Shown here: positions 40,945-51,545 of the stretch, piece after piece
Layout: every line of letters starts with the position of its first letter
Position numbering within the stretch: the first letter of the stretch is position 1
Assembly: GCA_934122155.1 (NCBI GenBank)
Contig: CAKOVX010000002.1
Span: forward strand, 1,437 to 65,436
Direction: 5' to 3'
DNA: 64,000 nt
From: an uncultured Clostridia bacterium
Lineage (GTDB): Bacteria; Bacillota; Clostridia; TANB77; CAG-508
Notes under the pieces: generated by a model
The model's input: only the letters and a program-made list of their open reading frames with translations
Told to the model about the DNA's origin: nothing
Databases searched by the model: none
Program-made: the position numbers and the translations under genes

Positions 40945-42678
40945 TTACTTGACAAATTTATATTTTTCTTTTTTAGAATAATGAGTATGTAATAATTTAT
41001 GAGCTAATTCTCCATTAGGTTCGCCTAAAAATTCTTTGTAAACCTGCTTCAACACAGGATTTTTATGCGATTTTCTAATAACACTTTTTTCATCAATTGA
41101 ATACATTGCTTCAGCACGTTTTTTATGTACGTCAACATCTTCTTGAATTTTAGCACTTTTTATAGGTTGCCCTCCACCTGTAATACATCCACCTGGGCAA
41201 GCCATAATTTCAACAAATTGATAATCTGCCTTTCCAGATTTTATCTCTTCCATAATAGTTTGTGCATTTGCTAAACCATGTGCTACTACAACTTTTACCT
41301 TTTCATCTCCAATTTCTATTTCAGATCTCTTTATCCCATTTTCTCCTCTTACTTGTTCAAATGAAATTTTATCTAAAGGTTTTCCTGTTACAATTTCAGA
41401 AACACTTCTAAGAGCTGCTTCCATAACACCACCAGTCACTCCGAAAATTGCAGCTGCACCGGTTGCTTCTCCCATTGGATCATCAAATTTTGCATCTTCT
41501 AAATTTACAAAATCTATTTTAGCCTGTTTAATCATTTTTGCAAGTTCTCTTGTAGTAATAACCGCATCAACATCTTGCTTCATTTCTTCTCTTTGTCTTT
41601 CATATTTTTTAGCAATACATGGCATTACAGACACTACAAACATTTTACTTGAGTCTAATCCTTCTTTTTTAGCATAATATGTTTTTAGTAATGCTCCAAA
41701 CATTTCATGTGGTGATTTACAACTAGACAGATGTCCTATATTTTCTGGATAATTCATTTCAATATATTTTACCCAGCCAGGGCAACATGAAGTTATCATT
41801 GGTAAATTGTCATTATTTTGTAGTCTTTTTATGAATTCTGTTCCTTCTTCAACAATTGTAAAATCTGCACCAGTATTTGTATCAAATACTTTATCAAATC
41901 CCATTTGTTTTAATGCATTTACCATTTTTCCTTCTACATTTGTGCCTATTGGCATTCCAAATTCTTCTCCAAGCGCTACTCTTATAGAAGGAGCAGTTTG
42001 CACTATTACATAAGTATCTTTATCTTTTATTTTGTTCCATACAATTTGTGTTGAATCCTTTTCTGTTAAAGCCCCTGTTGGACATACTTCTATACATTGA
42101 CCACAAAAAGTACAATTTACATCATTTAAACTATTGTGTCCAGCTGTTGAAACACATGAATTGAACCCTCTTTCTGTTACACTTATAGCACCTATTTTTT
42201 GTACTTTATTGCACATTGAAACACATCTTCTACACAATATACATTTATTAGGATCACGTACAATAGATGGAGATTTATCATCTATTTCATAAGTATTTTT
42301 GGTTCCCTCATATACAGTTTTATCTTTATCAAATTGGTTTATAAGGTCTTGTAATTCACAATTTTCGTTTCTTACACAATTATCACAGTCTTGATGATGG
42401 TTAGATAATATTAAGTCTAACATAGTTTTTCTAGCTTCTAAAACTTCTGGTGTTTTGGTATGTACAACCATACCCTCTTCTACCTTTTGAATACAAGAAG
42501 TAGCAAAGCCTCTTTTGCCTTCCACCTCCACAAGGCACATTCTACAGTCTCCAATTTCATTTATTTCTTTTAGATAGCATAATGTTGGAATATCTATATT
42601 CAATTTTGCTGCAGCTTGTAAGATTGTTGTATCTTCTGGCACTGCTATGTTTTTACCATCTATTGTCAGATTTATCAT
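40945..42678 (-). CDS. hydA: [FeFe]-hydrogenase catalytic subunit (HydA/HndD type)
   Basis: N-terminal 2Fe-2S and 4Fe-4S domains; H-cluster motifs TSCCPGW and MPCIAKKYE. Confidence 0.9.
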   Translation of the reverse strand: MINLTIDGKNIAVPEDTTILQAAAKLNIDIPTLCYLKEINEIGDCRMCLVEVEGKRGFATSCIQKVEEGMVVHTKTPEVLEARKTMLDLILSNHHQDCDNCVRNENCELQDLINQFDKDKTVYEGTKNTYEIDDKSPSIVRDPNKCILCRRCVSMCNKVQKIGAISVTERGFNSCVSTAGHNSLNDVNCTFCGQCIEVCPTGALTEKDSTQIVWNKIKDKDTYVIVQTAPSIRVALGEEFGMPIGTNVEGKMVNALKQMGFDKVFDTNTGADFTIVEEGTEFIKRLQNNDNLPMITSCCPGWVKYIEMNYPENIGHLSSCKSPHEMFGALLKTYYAKKEGLDSSKMFVVSVMPCIAKKYERQREEMKQDVDAVITTRELAKMIKQAKIDFVNLEDAKFDDPMGEATGAAAIFGVTGGVMEAALRSVSEIVTGKPLDKISFEQVRGENGIKRSEIEIGDEKVKVVVAHGLANAQTIMEEIKSGKADYQFVEIMACPGGCITGGGQPIKSAKIQEDVDVHKKRAEAMYSIDEKSVIRKSHKNPVLKQVYKEFLGEPNGELAHKLLHTHYSKKEKYKFVK

Positions 42679-42681
42679 ATT

Positions 42682-44541
42682 TTATCCTCCTATGGCGTGG
42701 AATGGGCAAATATTTAAACACGTTCCACACTTAATACACTTCTCCTCATTAATATGATGTGTTTTACCTGGCTCTCCTGTAATTGCTCCAACTGGACAAT
42801 TACGACTACATTTTGTACATCCTCTACACTTTTCAGGATCAATTTGTATTTTTGCTAATGCTTTACATTCTCCTGTTCTGCATTTCTTTTCTTCTATATG
42901 CTCTAAGTATTCTTCTCTAAAATACTTTAGTGTTGAAATTACTGGATTTGGTGCTGATTGTCCTAATCCACATACTGAAGTCTTTGGTATGATTTTCGCC
43001 AATTCTTCTAATTTTTCTAAGTCTTGCTCTGTTGCTTCCCCATTAGTTATTTTTTCTAATATTTCAAGCATTCTTTTAGTTCCAATTCTACATGGCGTAC
43101 ACTTTCCACAAGACTCATCCACAGTAAATTCTAAGTAGAACTTAGCAATGTTTACCATACATTTTGTATCATCCATTACTATAAGTCCTCCTGAACCCAT
43201 CATTGAACCTATTTGTTTTAATGATTCATAATCTATTGGTGTATCTAAATGCTCTTTTGGAATACAGCCGCCTGAAGGTCCTCCAGTTTGTGCTGCTTTA
43301 AACTCTCTGTTATTTGGTATTCCTCCACCAATATCATAAACAATTTCTCTTAAGGTTGTTCCCATTGGAACTTCAACTAACCCAATATTTACAACATTTC
43401 CACCTAACGCAAATACCTTTGTTCCTTTTGAGGTTTCTGTCCCAATACTTGAATACCATTCTGCTCCATTTAATATTATTCTTGTTATATTTGCATAAGT
43501 TTCAACATTATTTATCAATGTTGGTTTACCCCATAAACCTGAATTTGCAGGATATGGTGGTTTTAGTCTTGGTTGACCACGTTTTCCCTCAATAGATTCT
43601 AAAAGTGCTGTTTCTTCTCCACATACAAATGCTCCTGCACCTAATCTGATATCTACGTCAAAGCTGAAATTTGTTCCAAATATATTTTTACCAAGTAGCC
43701 CATAATTTCTTGCTTGTTTTATGGCTACTCTAAATCTATCTACAGCAATTGGATATTCAGCTCTTACATAAATATATCCTTGACTTGCACCAATTGCATA
43801 ACCAGCAATTATCATTGCTTCTAATACAGAATGTGGATCTCCTTCTAAAATACTTCTATCCATAAATGCACCTGGGTCACCTTCGTCTGCATTACATACT
43901 ACATATTTTTGTTCTGATTCTACTGCTTTAGTTAATGCCCATTTCTTACCTGTTGGAAATCCTGCTCCGCCCCTGCCTCTCAGTCCAGAATCTTCTATTG
44001 TTTTAATCACTTCATCTGGTGTCATTTCTAAAAGTACTTTCTCTAATGCTTTATATCCATCAAAAGCTATATATTCGTCAATATTTTCAGGGTCAATTTT
44101 TCCGCTATTTTGAAGAGCAATTCTTTTTTGTTTTTTATAAAAAGTTAAGTCATCTAATTTGTTTACTCTAGTTCCACCTATGTCTTTGCATAATAGTCTT
44201 TCAACTATTTCGCCATCTATAATGTGCTTTTGTATAATCTCTTCACAGTCTTCTGGCTTTACCATTGCATAAAATGTATCTTCTGGTCTAATAATTACTA
44301 TTGGTCCTTTTGCACATAACCCAAAACATCCTGTTTGAATTACACTCACATTTTCTAGATTTTTCTCTTTTACTAATTTCTTAAAGTTTTCTATGACTTG
44401 TGTAGATTTTGAAGATGTACATCCTGTTCCATGGCATACTAAAATATGTTTTTCTCTTCCTCCAACTGATGTATCCACTCTAATGTTTAGTTCTTTTCGC
44501 TTTTCTCCTCTTATTTTTCTTATCTCTTCTAGAGTTCTCAA
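42682..44541 (-). CDS. hydB: NuoF-like NADH-binding flavo-FeS subunit of bifurcating hydrogenase (HydB/HndC)
   Basis: GRGGAGFPTGKKW FMN/NADH motif; C-terminal 2x[4Fe-4S] ferredoxin cysteines. Confidence 0.9.
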   Translation of the reverse strand: MRTLEEIRKIRGEKRKELNIRVDTSVGGREKHILVCHGTGCTSSKSTQVIENFKKLVKEKNLENVSVIQTGCFGLCAKGPIVIIRPEDTFYAMVKPEDCEEIIQKHIIDGEIVERLLCKDIGGTRVNKLDDLTFYKKQKRIALQNSGKIDPENIDEYIAFDGYKALEKVLLEMTPDEVIKTIEDSGLRGRGGAGFPTGKKWALTKAVESEQKYVVCNADEGDPGAFMDRSILEGDPHSVLEAMIIAGYAIGASQGYIYVRAEYPIAVDRFRVAIKQARNYGLLGKNIFGTNFSFDVDIRLGAGAFVCGEETALLESIEGKRGQPRLKPPYPANSGLWGKPTLINNVETYANITRIILNGAEWYSSIGTETSKGTKVFALGGNVVNIGLVEVPMGTTLREIVYDIGGGIPNNREFKAAQTGGPSGGCIPKEHLDTPIDYESLKQIGSMMGSGGLIVMDDTKCMVNIAKFYLEFTVDESCGKCTPCRIGTKRMLEILEKITNGEATEQDLEKLEELAKIIPKTSVCGLGQSAPNPVISTLKYFREEYLEHIEEKKCRTGECKALAKIQIDPEKCRGCTKCSRNCPVGAITGEPGKTHHINEEKCIKCGTCLNICPFHAIGG

Positions 44542-44556
44542 ATCATTACTCCCTTC

Positions 44557-45033
44557 TTATTTAGTTATTAACTCATCTAAAACTTCATCAAGTTTTTTTA
44601 CAGTAGCTCTTCCATAAACCTCTCCATTCACGGTAAATACAGGTGCTATCCCACATGCGCCTAGACAACGAGTACTGTCTATTGAAAATTTTCCGTCTTC
44701 TGTTGTTTCTCCTTCTTTAATACCTAATCTTTCTTTTAATCTATTCATTAGTTTTTCAGAGCCTTTTACAAAACATGCAGTTCCTAAACATACTGAAATT
44801 GCATATTTTCCCTTTGGCTTTAATGTAAATCTAGAATAAAAAGTAATTACTCCATAAATTTCTGCCATTGGGATATTTAAGTATTCTGATATTTCATTTT
44901 GTGCAATTTGTGGAATATATCCATATTTGACTTGCACATCATTTAGTATAGGCACTAAATTATCTTTGGCTATTGTATATTGATTCAAAATTTCTTTTAC
45001 TTCTTGTTTTAATTTTTGTTCTACACAATTCAT
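44557..45033 (-). CDS. hydC: NuoE-like 2Fe-2S subunit (HydC/HndA)
   Basis: CLGTAC...C thioredoxin-like 2Fe-2S pattern. Confidence 0.9.
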   Translation of the reverse strand: MNCVEQKLKQEVKEILNQYTIAKDNLVPILNDVQVKYGYIPQIAQNEISEYLNIPMAEIYGVITFYSRFTLKPKGKYAISVCLGTACFVKGSEKLMNRLKERLGIKEGETTEDGKFSIDSTRCLGACGIAPVFTVNGEVYGRATVKKLDEVLDELITK

Positions 45034-45122
45034 TGGATCAAAATCCTCCTTGTATATTTGTATTTCATATTTACGAGTTTATTATACCAAAACAGTAGTT
45101 TTTATACAACAAAATACGACAA

Positions 45123-45155
45123 AAAAATGAATGATAATAAATCATTCATTTTTCA
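45123..45155 (-). terminator. terminator of the rpn-like gene
   Basis: aatgaatgat/atcattcatt perfect inverted repeat flanked by A- and T-runs. Confidence 0.6.
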
Positions 45156-45158
45156 ATA

Positions 45159-46028
45159 TTATTGCTGTTTTTTCAATTTCTCAATTTCTTCCTTTGTTAG
45201 TCCAGTTGCTTTAATAATTACTTCTATTTCTACATCTGCTTTTAATAGATTCTTTGCTATTTGTTTTGTGCCTTTTTCAATTCCATCATCTACACCTTTT
45301 GCATATATTGCATGTTCATCTCTTATTGCTTTTTCTCTTAACTCTATTATTCTCTGCATTTTCTCATCTTCACTTATTCTATCTAGTTTTTCTACTGCTT
45401 CTTTTAAATTTTCATTTTCTTCCATTCTTCGTGCCACCCTTTCACTTTCTGGATTTTCCAAAAACATTAGCCAATCTAGTAATTGGTCTTTTTCATTTTC
45501 CTTGCCACTTATTTTCGTTAGTTCAATTATATCAAGCTCGAACTTTTCTGTCAATATTAGCTTTTTAGCACTATTAGTCTCTATTATTTTCCATACACTG
45601 TGATATGCTAGCTCTTCTAAACCTTTTATATTAAAATCTGCTATTAGTATTATTATTGTTTTTTCTAGTTTCTTATAGTCCTCTCCTGCTCTGATTTGCT
45701 TTGTATACATTCTGGACCAATAGTATAATATTCTTTCAATAATATTGTTTTTATCTATTAGCTGCATCTCTATATTGCATTTTTCTTTTCCATCTAGTTC
45801 TGTTATTATATCAAGTACTCCCAATTTATCATCTTTTAATTCTTTTCTTAATATTGGATTTTTGTCTAATGATATTTTTTCTATTTTTCTTTTTAATATT
45901 TTTTCTAAAAAGTCTTTTGTTATATTTTCACTCCCTACTTCTCCAAATATTGCTTGAAATATTATATCCATTTTTGGTGAAAATCTTTTAACTTTCTTTT
46001 TTGATTCTATATTATTAGGCTGTTTCAT
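45159..46028 (-). CDS. Rpn-family recombination-promoting nuclease / putative transposase (PD-(D/E)XK)
   Basis: N-terminal DIIFQAIFG... then ...D...IEMQ nuclease core; family recognised from memory. Confidence 0.7.
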   Translation of the reverse strand: MKQPNNIESKKKVKRFSPKMDIIFQAIFGEVGSENITKDFLEKILKRKIEKISLDKNPILRKELKDDKLGVLDIITELDGKEKCNIEMQLIDKNNIIERILYYWSRMYTKQIRAGEDYKKLEKTIIILIADFNIKGLEELAYHSVWKIIETNSAKKLILTEKFELDIIELTKISGKENEKDQLLDWLMFLENPESERVARRMEENENLKEAVEKLDRISEDEKMQRIIELREKAIRDEHAIYAKGVDDGIEKGTKQIAKNLLKADVEIEVIIKATGLTKEEIEKLKKQQ

Positions 46029-46368
46029 CTATAAATTCTCCTCTAAATTTTGTATTTTAGTCGCACTTTTGCAAAACAAATACACCTCTCATTCTTGCTA
46101 ATTTATATTTTCATTGTTTGTGGAAATCTTAAGATTTTAATTTTTGTAGAACTAATAATATTTGAAATAACATTGGCTTCAGATAATTATAGAAAATTAA
46201 AAATTTGATAATTAAGATTCTTAAATAATTCAAAGTTCAATTAAAATATTGTTTTGAAAATAATTTATTGCAAAATAAAAAACGCAACTAAGTTAGTATT
46301 GTTATACTATACTTAATTGCATTTTGCAAGTAAAATTATATGACAAATTTCAGCTTTTTTACCTATAT

Positions 46369-47451
46369 TTATTCAAAACTAATTTTACTGTTTATTGGAC
46401 AGATTTGAATAAATGTTTTTCCGTCATTTACTTTTATTTCGTTTCCTTCTAAGTCTTTATATACTGTTTGGCTGCTTCTTGAGGTTTTGTAGCATTTAAT
46501 TGGTATATATTTTCCATTTGTAATATAATAGCCGTCTAAAGTTTTTACATTATCTAATGTTTGTCTTCCTTTTCCACTTCCATCATCTAAAGTGGTGTTT
46601 TTACATTTTGTTATAATAATATTTTTAGTTTTTACTGTGTTTTTGGTATTCCAATCTGTTTGTTTATTATCTCTTGAGTATCTAATATATTCTTTACTTT
46701 CTTCATCATATTCATATCTTACTGTATTATATGCTGAATATGGAATTGTTACTGTATTTGCTAAGTTTGTAACTTTGCCTTCTGTTTCGCCTTCTGCTGG
46801 TTCTTCTCTTTTATCTGGCAAATTTACCTCATCAATCACATAGTTAAGTACTGTTTTTTTGCTAGTTGTAGTTCTAAATTCTTTGTTTTCAATAAGTTTT
46901 GTCAATTTAGCTGTTGAAGTTACAGCATTATGTGGAGCATATCTACTACTATCTCTCCAGAAGTCTGTTGCACTTTCATATATTCCATTTATATCATCTA
47001 CATTTAATTTTGTAATATCTGCTTTTGCTTGTGGACTTTGACCATAATGTATGCAAATAGCGTCATTTTCTAATACATAATCTAAGTAGTAATGTCTAGC
47101 ACTTCTTAATGGCCCAATTTTGCTTATTTCCTTTCCTTTAATTACTGCCATTAATCTTGTTTCTCCGCCTTCAACAATCATTTCATATACTAAATCTGCT
47201 TGCTCTAGTCCCGCTTGTGGCATTGCATTTATATTATTGTCTATCATAAATGCAAGTGGTCTTTCAGTTCCTGCAAAGGTTTTTGGCTTTAATTCTTCTT
47301 TAGGTGTTTCTGGTACCGTATTTTCTGTACTTCCAACTTCTTGGCTATTTTTAAACTTTTCAATTCCTAGCCATACACTTACTGCTAATATTGCTAACAA
47401 CAATAATATTATTACTGGTTTTATACTTTTCTTAGATTTTTTTCTTAACAT
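46369..47451 (-). CDS. DUF3048-like secreted protein or lipoprotein (YerB-like)
   Basis: Signal-anchor followed by a domain resembling DUF3048; family assignment from memory. Confidence 0.5.
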   Translation of the reverse strand: MLRKKSKKSIKPVIILLLLAILAVSVWLGIEKFKNSQEVGSTENTVPETPKEELKPKTFAGTERPLAFMIDNNINAMPQAGLEQADLVYEMIVEGGETRLMAVIKGKEISKIGPLRSARHYYLDYVLENDAICIHYGQSPQAKADITKLNVDDINGIYESATDFWRDSSRYAPHNAVTSTAKLTKLIENKEFRTTTSKKTVLNYVIDEVNLPDKREEPAEGETEGKVTNLANTVTIPYSAYNTVRYEYDEESKEYIRYSRDNKQTDWNTKNTVKTKNIIITKCKNTTLDDGSGKGRQTLDNVKTLDGYYITNGKYIPIKCYKTSRSSQTVYKDLEGNEIKVNDGKTFIQICPINSKISFE

Positions 47452-47467
47452 ATAAAAGCATCTCCTT

Positions 47468-48214
47468 TTAAACTATTGCCATTGCTCCTCCATATAGTAC
47501 AAGTACTAGTATGGTTGCAAAACACGCACTAAATATTACCTCTGATAATGTATGTTCTTTTGCTGCAATTCTACTTTCAGCTAGTAAAATGGCTGTTACT
47601 AATGATAACATTAAAATAACTATATTATCTGTTAATAACCAAATGAGTGTATTAGCAGCAAACCCAATAGCTGCATGTCCACTTGGAACTAACTTTGAGT
47701 TTAGTCCTTTATGTTTATTAGATTTTGCATATGCAACTAATGCTAGAGCTGCAATCATTACAATTACCATTATTGCAAAAGATAAATGTACAGGATTACT
47801 TGTTACATTTTTCAAAAATGCTAAACCTATATCAGCCATTTTATCAAAAAATAAAAAGTATGCTACTATTATTGCATTTATAGTTGTTATTACCACTCCT
47901 CCTGCTGCAACATCTTTGGCTATTTTTGCCTTTGGATGGTATACATCAACATATAAATCTACTACTGTTTCAATTGCTGTATTTACCATTTCCGCAAATA
48001 TAATAAGCACTATTGTAAATAAAAAACATAAAAACTCTGCACGATTCAAATTAAAAAATAAACTAACAATTACAACTATTACCGCTATTATTAATTGCTT
48101 TTTTATATTGCTTTGCGTTGTTGTTGCATATATTATTCCATTGAACGCATTTTTCCATGCATCTATGAAACTATGGTTTTTTAGTTCTTTACTTTCCTCT
48201 TTTTTTTCTTTCAT
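47468..48214 (-). CDS. dgkA: diacylglycerol/undecaprenol kinase DgkA fused to a PAP2 phosphatase domain
   Basis: AEMVNTAIETVVDL DgkA motif N-terminally; PSGHAA PAP2 motif C-terminally. Confidence 0.8.
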   Translation of the reverse strand: MKEKKEESKELKNHSFIDAWKNAFNGIIYATTTQSNIKKQLIIAVIVVIVSLFFNLNRAEFLCFLFTIVLIIFAEMVNTAIETVVDLYVDVYHPKAKIAKDVAAGGVVITTINAIIVAYFLFFDKMADIGLAFLKNVTSNPVHLSFAIMVIVMIAALALVAYAKSNKHKGLNSKLVPSGHAAIGFAANTLIWLLTDNIVILMLSLVTAILLAESRIAAKEHTLSEVIFSACFATILVLVLYGGAMAIV

Positions 48215-48233
48215 TTTTTCCTCTCTTTATTAA

Positions 48234-48725
48234 TCATCTAGTTATATTTAGCTTAGAAAGCACATTTTCTTCTTTTTCTCTCATTTGAGCTTTTTCTTCA
48301 TCTGTCATATGGTCATAGCCTCTTAAATGGTAAAAGCCATGTACCAACATATATGCAAATTCTCTTTCAAATCCATGTCCATATTCTTTGGCTTGTTCTT
48401 CTACTCTTTCAATAGAAATTATAATATCACCCATAATATCTTGTAACTGCTCATCTTGCATATTAAATTCTTCAGCAATCATTTTATCTAACTCATCTTT
48501 TTCAAACATAGGAAAAGAGAGTACATCAGTCTCTTTATCTATGTTTCTGTACTCTTTATTTATTTCTCTTATATTTTTAGGATCTGTTAATGTAACACAG
48601 ATGTATAAAGAGGTAGGATTTATTCCCTCTACCTCAAAACATTTTTGTATTACTTTTTCAATTATATTTTCTAATTTTTCGTCTGGTTTGATATCTTTCC
48701 AAACAATTTCTGTTGCAGGTTCCAT
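48234..48725 (-). CDS. ybeY: rRNA maturation endoribonuclease YbeY
   Basis: HGFYHLRGYDH zinc motif. Confidence 0.9.
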   Translation of the reverse strand: MEPATEIVWKDIKPDEKLENIIEKVIQKCFEVEGINPTSLYICVTLTDPKNIREINKEYRNIDKETDVLSFPMFEKDELDKMIAEEFNMQDEQLQDIMGDIIISIERVEEQAKEYGHGFEREFAYMLVHGFYHLRGYDHMTDEEKAQMREKEENVLSKLNITR

Positions 48726-48744
48726 TTTACTTTCCTTTACTTAT

Positions 48745-50007
48745 TTATGCATTTACTGCTTTTTTTGCTCTTCCTCTTTTTTTATGCTTTTTTGCTCCTT
48801 TAGTATATGTTCCTTCTGATATATAAGCATTTTTTAAATTCTTCATAGCATCTAATTCTACTAACTTAGCATAATAAAATTGAATAATTTTATAGTATCT
48901 GTTTACATCTTTTCTTAATTTCTTTAAGTCATTTCTTAAGAATAGTACTTGTTTTTCTTTAACATAATCAATATAATTTTTGTCTTTATTTTTTTGAATT
49001 TCTTGATATTGCCTATAAAACTCTTTATAGTTTTCTCTTTCAATAGGTTTATCCCAATAAATTTTAGTAGATAATAGTTTTACATTATATTCTTCAATTA
49101 GCATAATTAGTAAAGAATATGCTTTTTCTTGTTTACGAACTACTTTTGTATCAACAATTAAACTTCTTGTGTCATTTAATAATTTTTCATAGCATTGTTC
49201 AGCAACAATAAGAGGTAAACTGTGTGTAAATAATTTTCTACTTAAGTTTAGTAAAATCATATTTTTTTCAATTTTATCATTTTGGTCTAATTTACCTACT
49301 GTAAATTTTTCAAAGTTCTCATAATCTTCAAGAATTTCTTTGTAAATTTTATTTTCTGGTTCTTTTTTCATTTTTAATGGTAATATATTTTCAATATATT
49401 GCTCTAATGTATCAAATATTTTTGTGTATACTTCATCTTTTGCACTATGTGTTAAATTGTCAGCAAGTTTTATTGAATAATGCTTTAGTAGCCCTTTATA
49501 TAATAATTCCATTTGATATACATATAAATTTTGATATCTTTTTAATAATTGCTCTTTGTTAAGCCCTTCTACTGTTTCATAGTCTAAATTTAATAAATAC
49601 ATTTGCTTTTTGTATTTATATTCTAAATATTCAGTTTCTTTTAGGTGAACTACTGAATAATATGATGATAATGCATTTCTTTCAAATTCACTAGCTGTAT
49701 CACTTTTAACTTTTTTATATATAGAATCCATTATATATTTATCTATTGATTCTAAATATAATGCATATATATCTTCAAACCTTTTAGTAATTGCCTCTTG
49801 TTTTTCTTGGTCTTCTATTTTTTCGTTTGCTTTATAGTTTTCATAAGCTTTTAGTACATTATTTCTTTTTATCGAAATTAGCATTCCATTAATTCCGATT
49901 TTTGTTGGAGTTAATAACTTTGTAATTGTATTGCTAATTTTTGAAAAAAATGTTTTTTCTTGGTATATTCTTAAACTTCTTTCTTCCATGGCATCTGTTC
50001 CTTTCAA
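48745..50007 (-). CDS. hypothetical 420-aa helical protein with a basic C-terminal tail
   Basis: No recognised domain; ends KGAKKHKKRGRAKKAVNA; occupies the slot between yqfD and ybeY where phoH usually lies. Confidence 0.5.
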   Translation of the reverse strand: MKGTDAMEERSLRIYQEKTFFSKISNTITKLLTPTKIGINGMLISIKRNNVLKAYENYKANEKIEDQEKQEAITKRFEDIYALYLESIDKYIMDSIYKKVKSDTASEFERNALSSYYSVVHLKETEYLEYKYKKQMYLLNLDYETVEGLNKEQLLKRYQNLYVYQMELLYKGLLKHYSIKLADNLTHSAKDEVYTKIFDTLEQYIENILPLKMKKEPENKIYKEILEDYENFEKFTVGKLDQNDKIEKNMILLNLSRKLFTHSLPLIVAEQCYEKLLNDTRSLIVDTKVVRKQEKAYSLLIMLIEEYNVKLLSTKIYWDKPIERENYKEFYRQYQEIQKNKDKNYIDYVKEKQVLFLRNDLKKLRKDVNRYYKIIQFYYAKLVELDAMKNLKNAYISEGTYTKGAKKHKKRGRAKKAVNA

Positions 50008-51185
50008 AATACTATTTTTTCTTTAGTCCCGATATTTTCAAGTACTTCGTAAATCACTTCAACTTCAACTTCGTCATTTAATTGACTTGCATTTATTTTT
50101 TTATCTATAATTGATTTATCTTCTATTTGTTCTTTTAATTCTTCTTCTGCTTTTTCAATAGCTAATTGCTTTGCTTCTTCAAAAGTATATTGTACTTCTT
50201 GATTTTCGTACTCTTGATATGTTTTTTTATTTATTTCTATTGGCAGATAAAAATTTGAAAATAGTTTTAGTTTTTTACTCGTCTCTATTGTATCATAATT
50301 TTGAAATTTTGGAACCCCTTTTAGTAAATTTATTTCAAAATTATTTATCTTTACGGAATATTTATTTTTCACGTTTCCTGTTTGGATTTTTTTTGTCTGA
50401 TTTAGTTTTAATCTTTCTTTTTTTGAATACCATACTTTTGCTTGTACTTCGCCATTTGCATGTACATAATGAATTCCTGTAAATTGTCCTTCAAGCCACC
50501 CTTGTACTAGTATTGTTCCTTTTGTAACTATATCTCCTTCTTTTACTACGGCTATGCCATTTTGCGCACTTATTTTAACTATCATTGCGTCTTTTGTTGC
50601 AACAATATTACAATACTCTTGTTCTTGTATGATATCTGGTTTTAAATCTGCCTCCACTACTTTTACAATAGCATTTGTGCCTTTTATCTCTATCCCCATC
50701 CAAGCCAAGTCATCTCTTTTTAGTCTAACCTTATCTATTATTCTCTTAGTGTTTAAATTTATTTTAGTTGTTCCAATTTTAAAATTATTTTCTTCTAAAT
50801 CTCGTAGAATTTCCTCTGATGAAATTTTGTCATTTCCAGTTACTTCAATATTCCATATAAAATTTGACAATGTTATAACTGCAAATATTAAAAGAATAAA
50901 AAATATAGCAAAAATCTTTCTTTTTTTATATTTATGTAGTATAAATGGCATTCCCTTTTTTTCTTGTATTTTTACTCTGCATTTTGTTTTTTGAGCAATA
51001 TTTTTTATTCTTTTAAAATCTTTAATTCCAATGTTAACTTTTATAATTGTAGAATGTTTTCTTTGCATATTCCACAAAAATATTTTTTGGTTATTACAAA
51101 TATTTATAAATCTTTCAATAAAATATCCCTCTACTACAATCGAAACGTAACCAAAAATATAACTTAATAGTATTTTGAAATACAT
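50004..51185 (-). CDS. yqfD: sporulation protein YqfD
   Basis: 393 aa with TM segments; conserved position after yqfC. Confidence 0.8.
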   Translation of the reverse strand: MYFKILLSYIFGYVSIVVEGYFIERFINICNNQKIFLWNMQRKHSTIIKVNIGIKDFKRIKNIAQKTKCRVKIQEKKGMPFILHKYKKRKIFAIFFILLIFAVITLSNFIWNIEVTGNDKISSEEILRDLEENNFKIGTTKINLNTKRIIDKVRLKRDDLAWMGIEIKGTNAIVKVVEADLKPDIIQEQEYCNIVATKDAMIVKISAQNGIAVVKEGDIVTKGTILVQGWLEGQFTGIHYVHANGEVQAKVWYSKKERLKLNQTKKIQTGNVKNKYSVKINNFEINLLKGVPKFQNYDTIETSKKLKLFSNFYLPIEINKKTYQEYENQEVQYTFEEAKQLAIEKAEEELKEQIEDKSIIDKKINASQLNDEVEVEVIYEVLENIGTKEKIVF

Positions 51186-51197
51186 TTTTTCCTCCTA

Positions 51198-51503
51198 TTA
51201 CTCATCTGTAATTGTCTCAAAATCAATACTTTCTATCTTTCCTGTAACAAGTAAATCATCTGTTGTCATTTCTTCTAAGTAAAGTTCATATCCATTTATA
51301 TTTAAAATTCCAATATATGTACTAATTCTAATATAAAAGTCCTGGTATTCTAGTATTCCCTTGTAGTTTTCTATTAACATTTTTTTAAAGCCAATTACAG
51401 TTACTTTTGGCAAATTAGTGGATATTTCTGGTGGAATTTCTAGTATTCGGCTTATTTTACTTTGTATACTTTTATCTTTTTTAGAACGCTTTTTCAAATT
51501 CAC
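51198..51503 (-). CDS. yqfC: sporulation protein YqfC
   Basis: About 100-aa YqfC family, upstream of yqfD. Confidence 0.8.
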   Translation of the reverse strand: MNLKKRSKKDKSIQSKISRILEIPPEISTNLPKVTVIGFKKMLIENYKGILEYQDFYIRISTYIGILNINGYELYLEEMTTDDLLVTGKIESIDFETITDE

Positions 51504-51545
51504 ATCATCCCTTTCATCTGTTAAAACTTAATTATTCTCTAGCTT

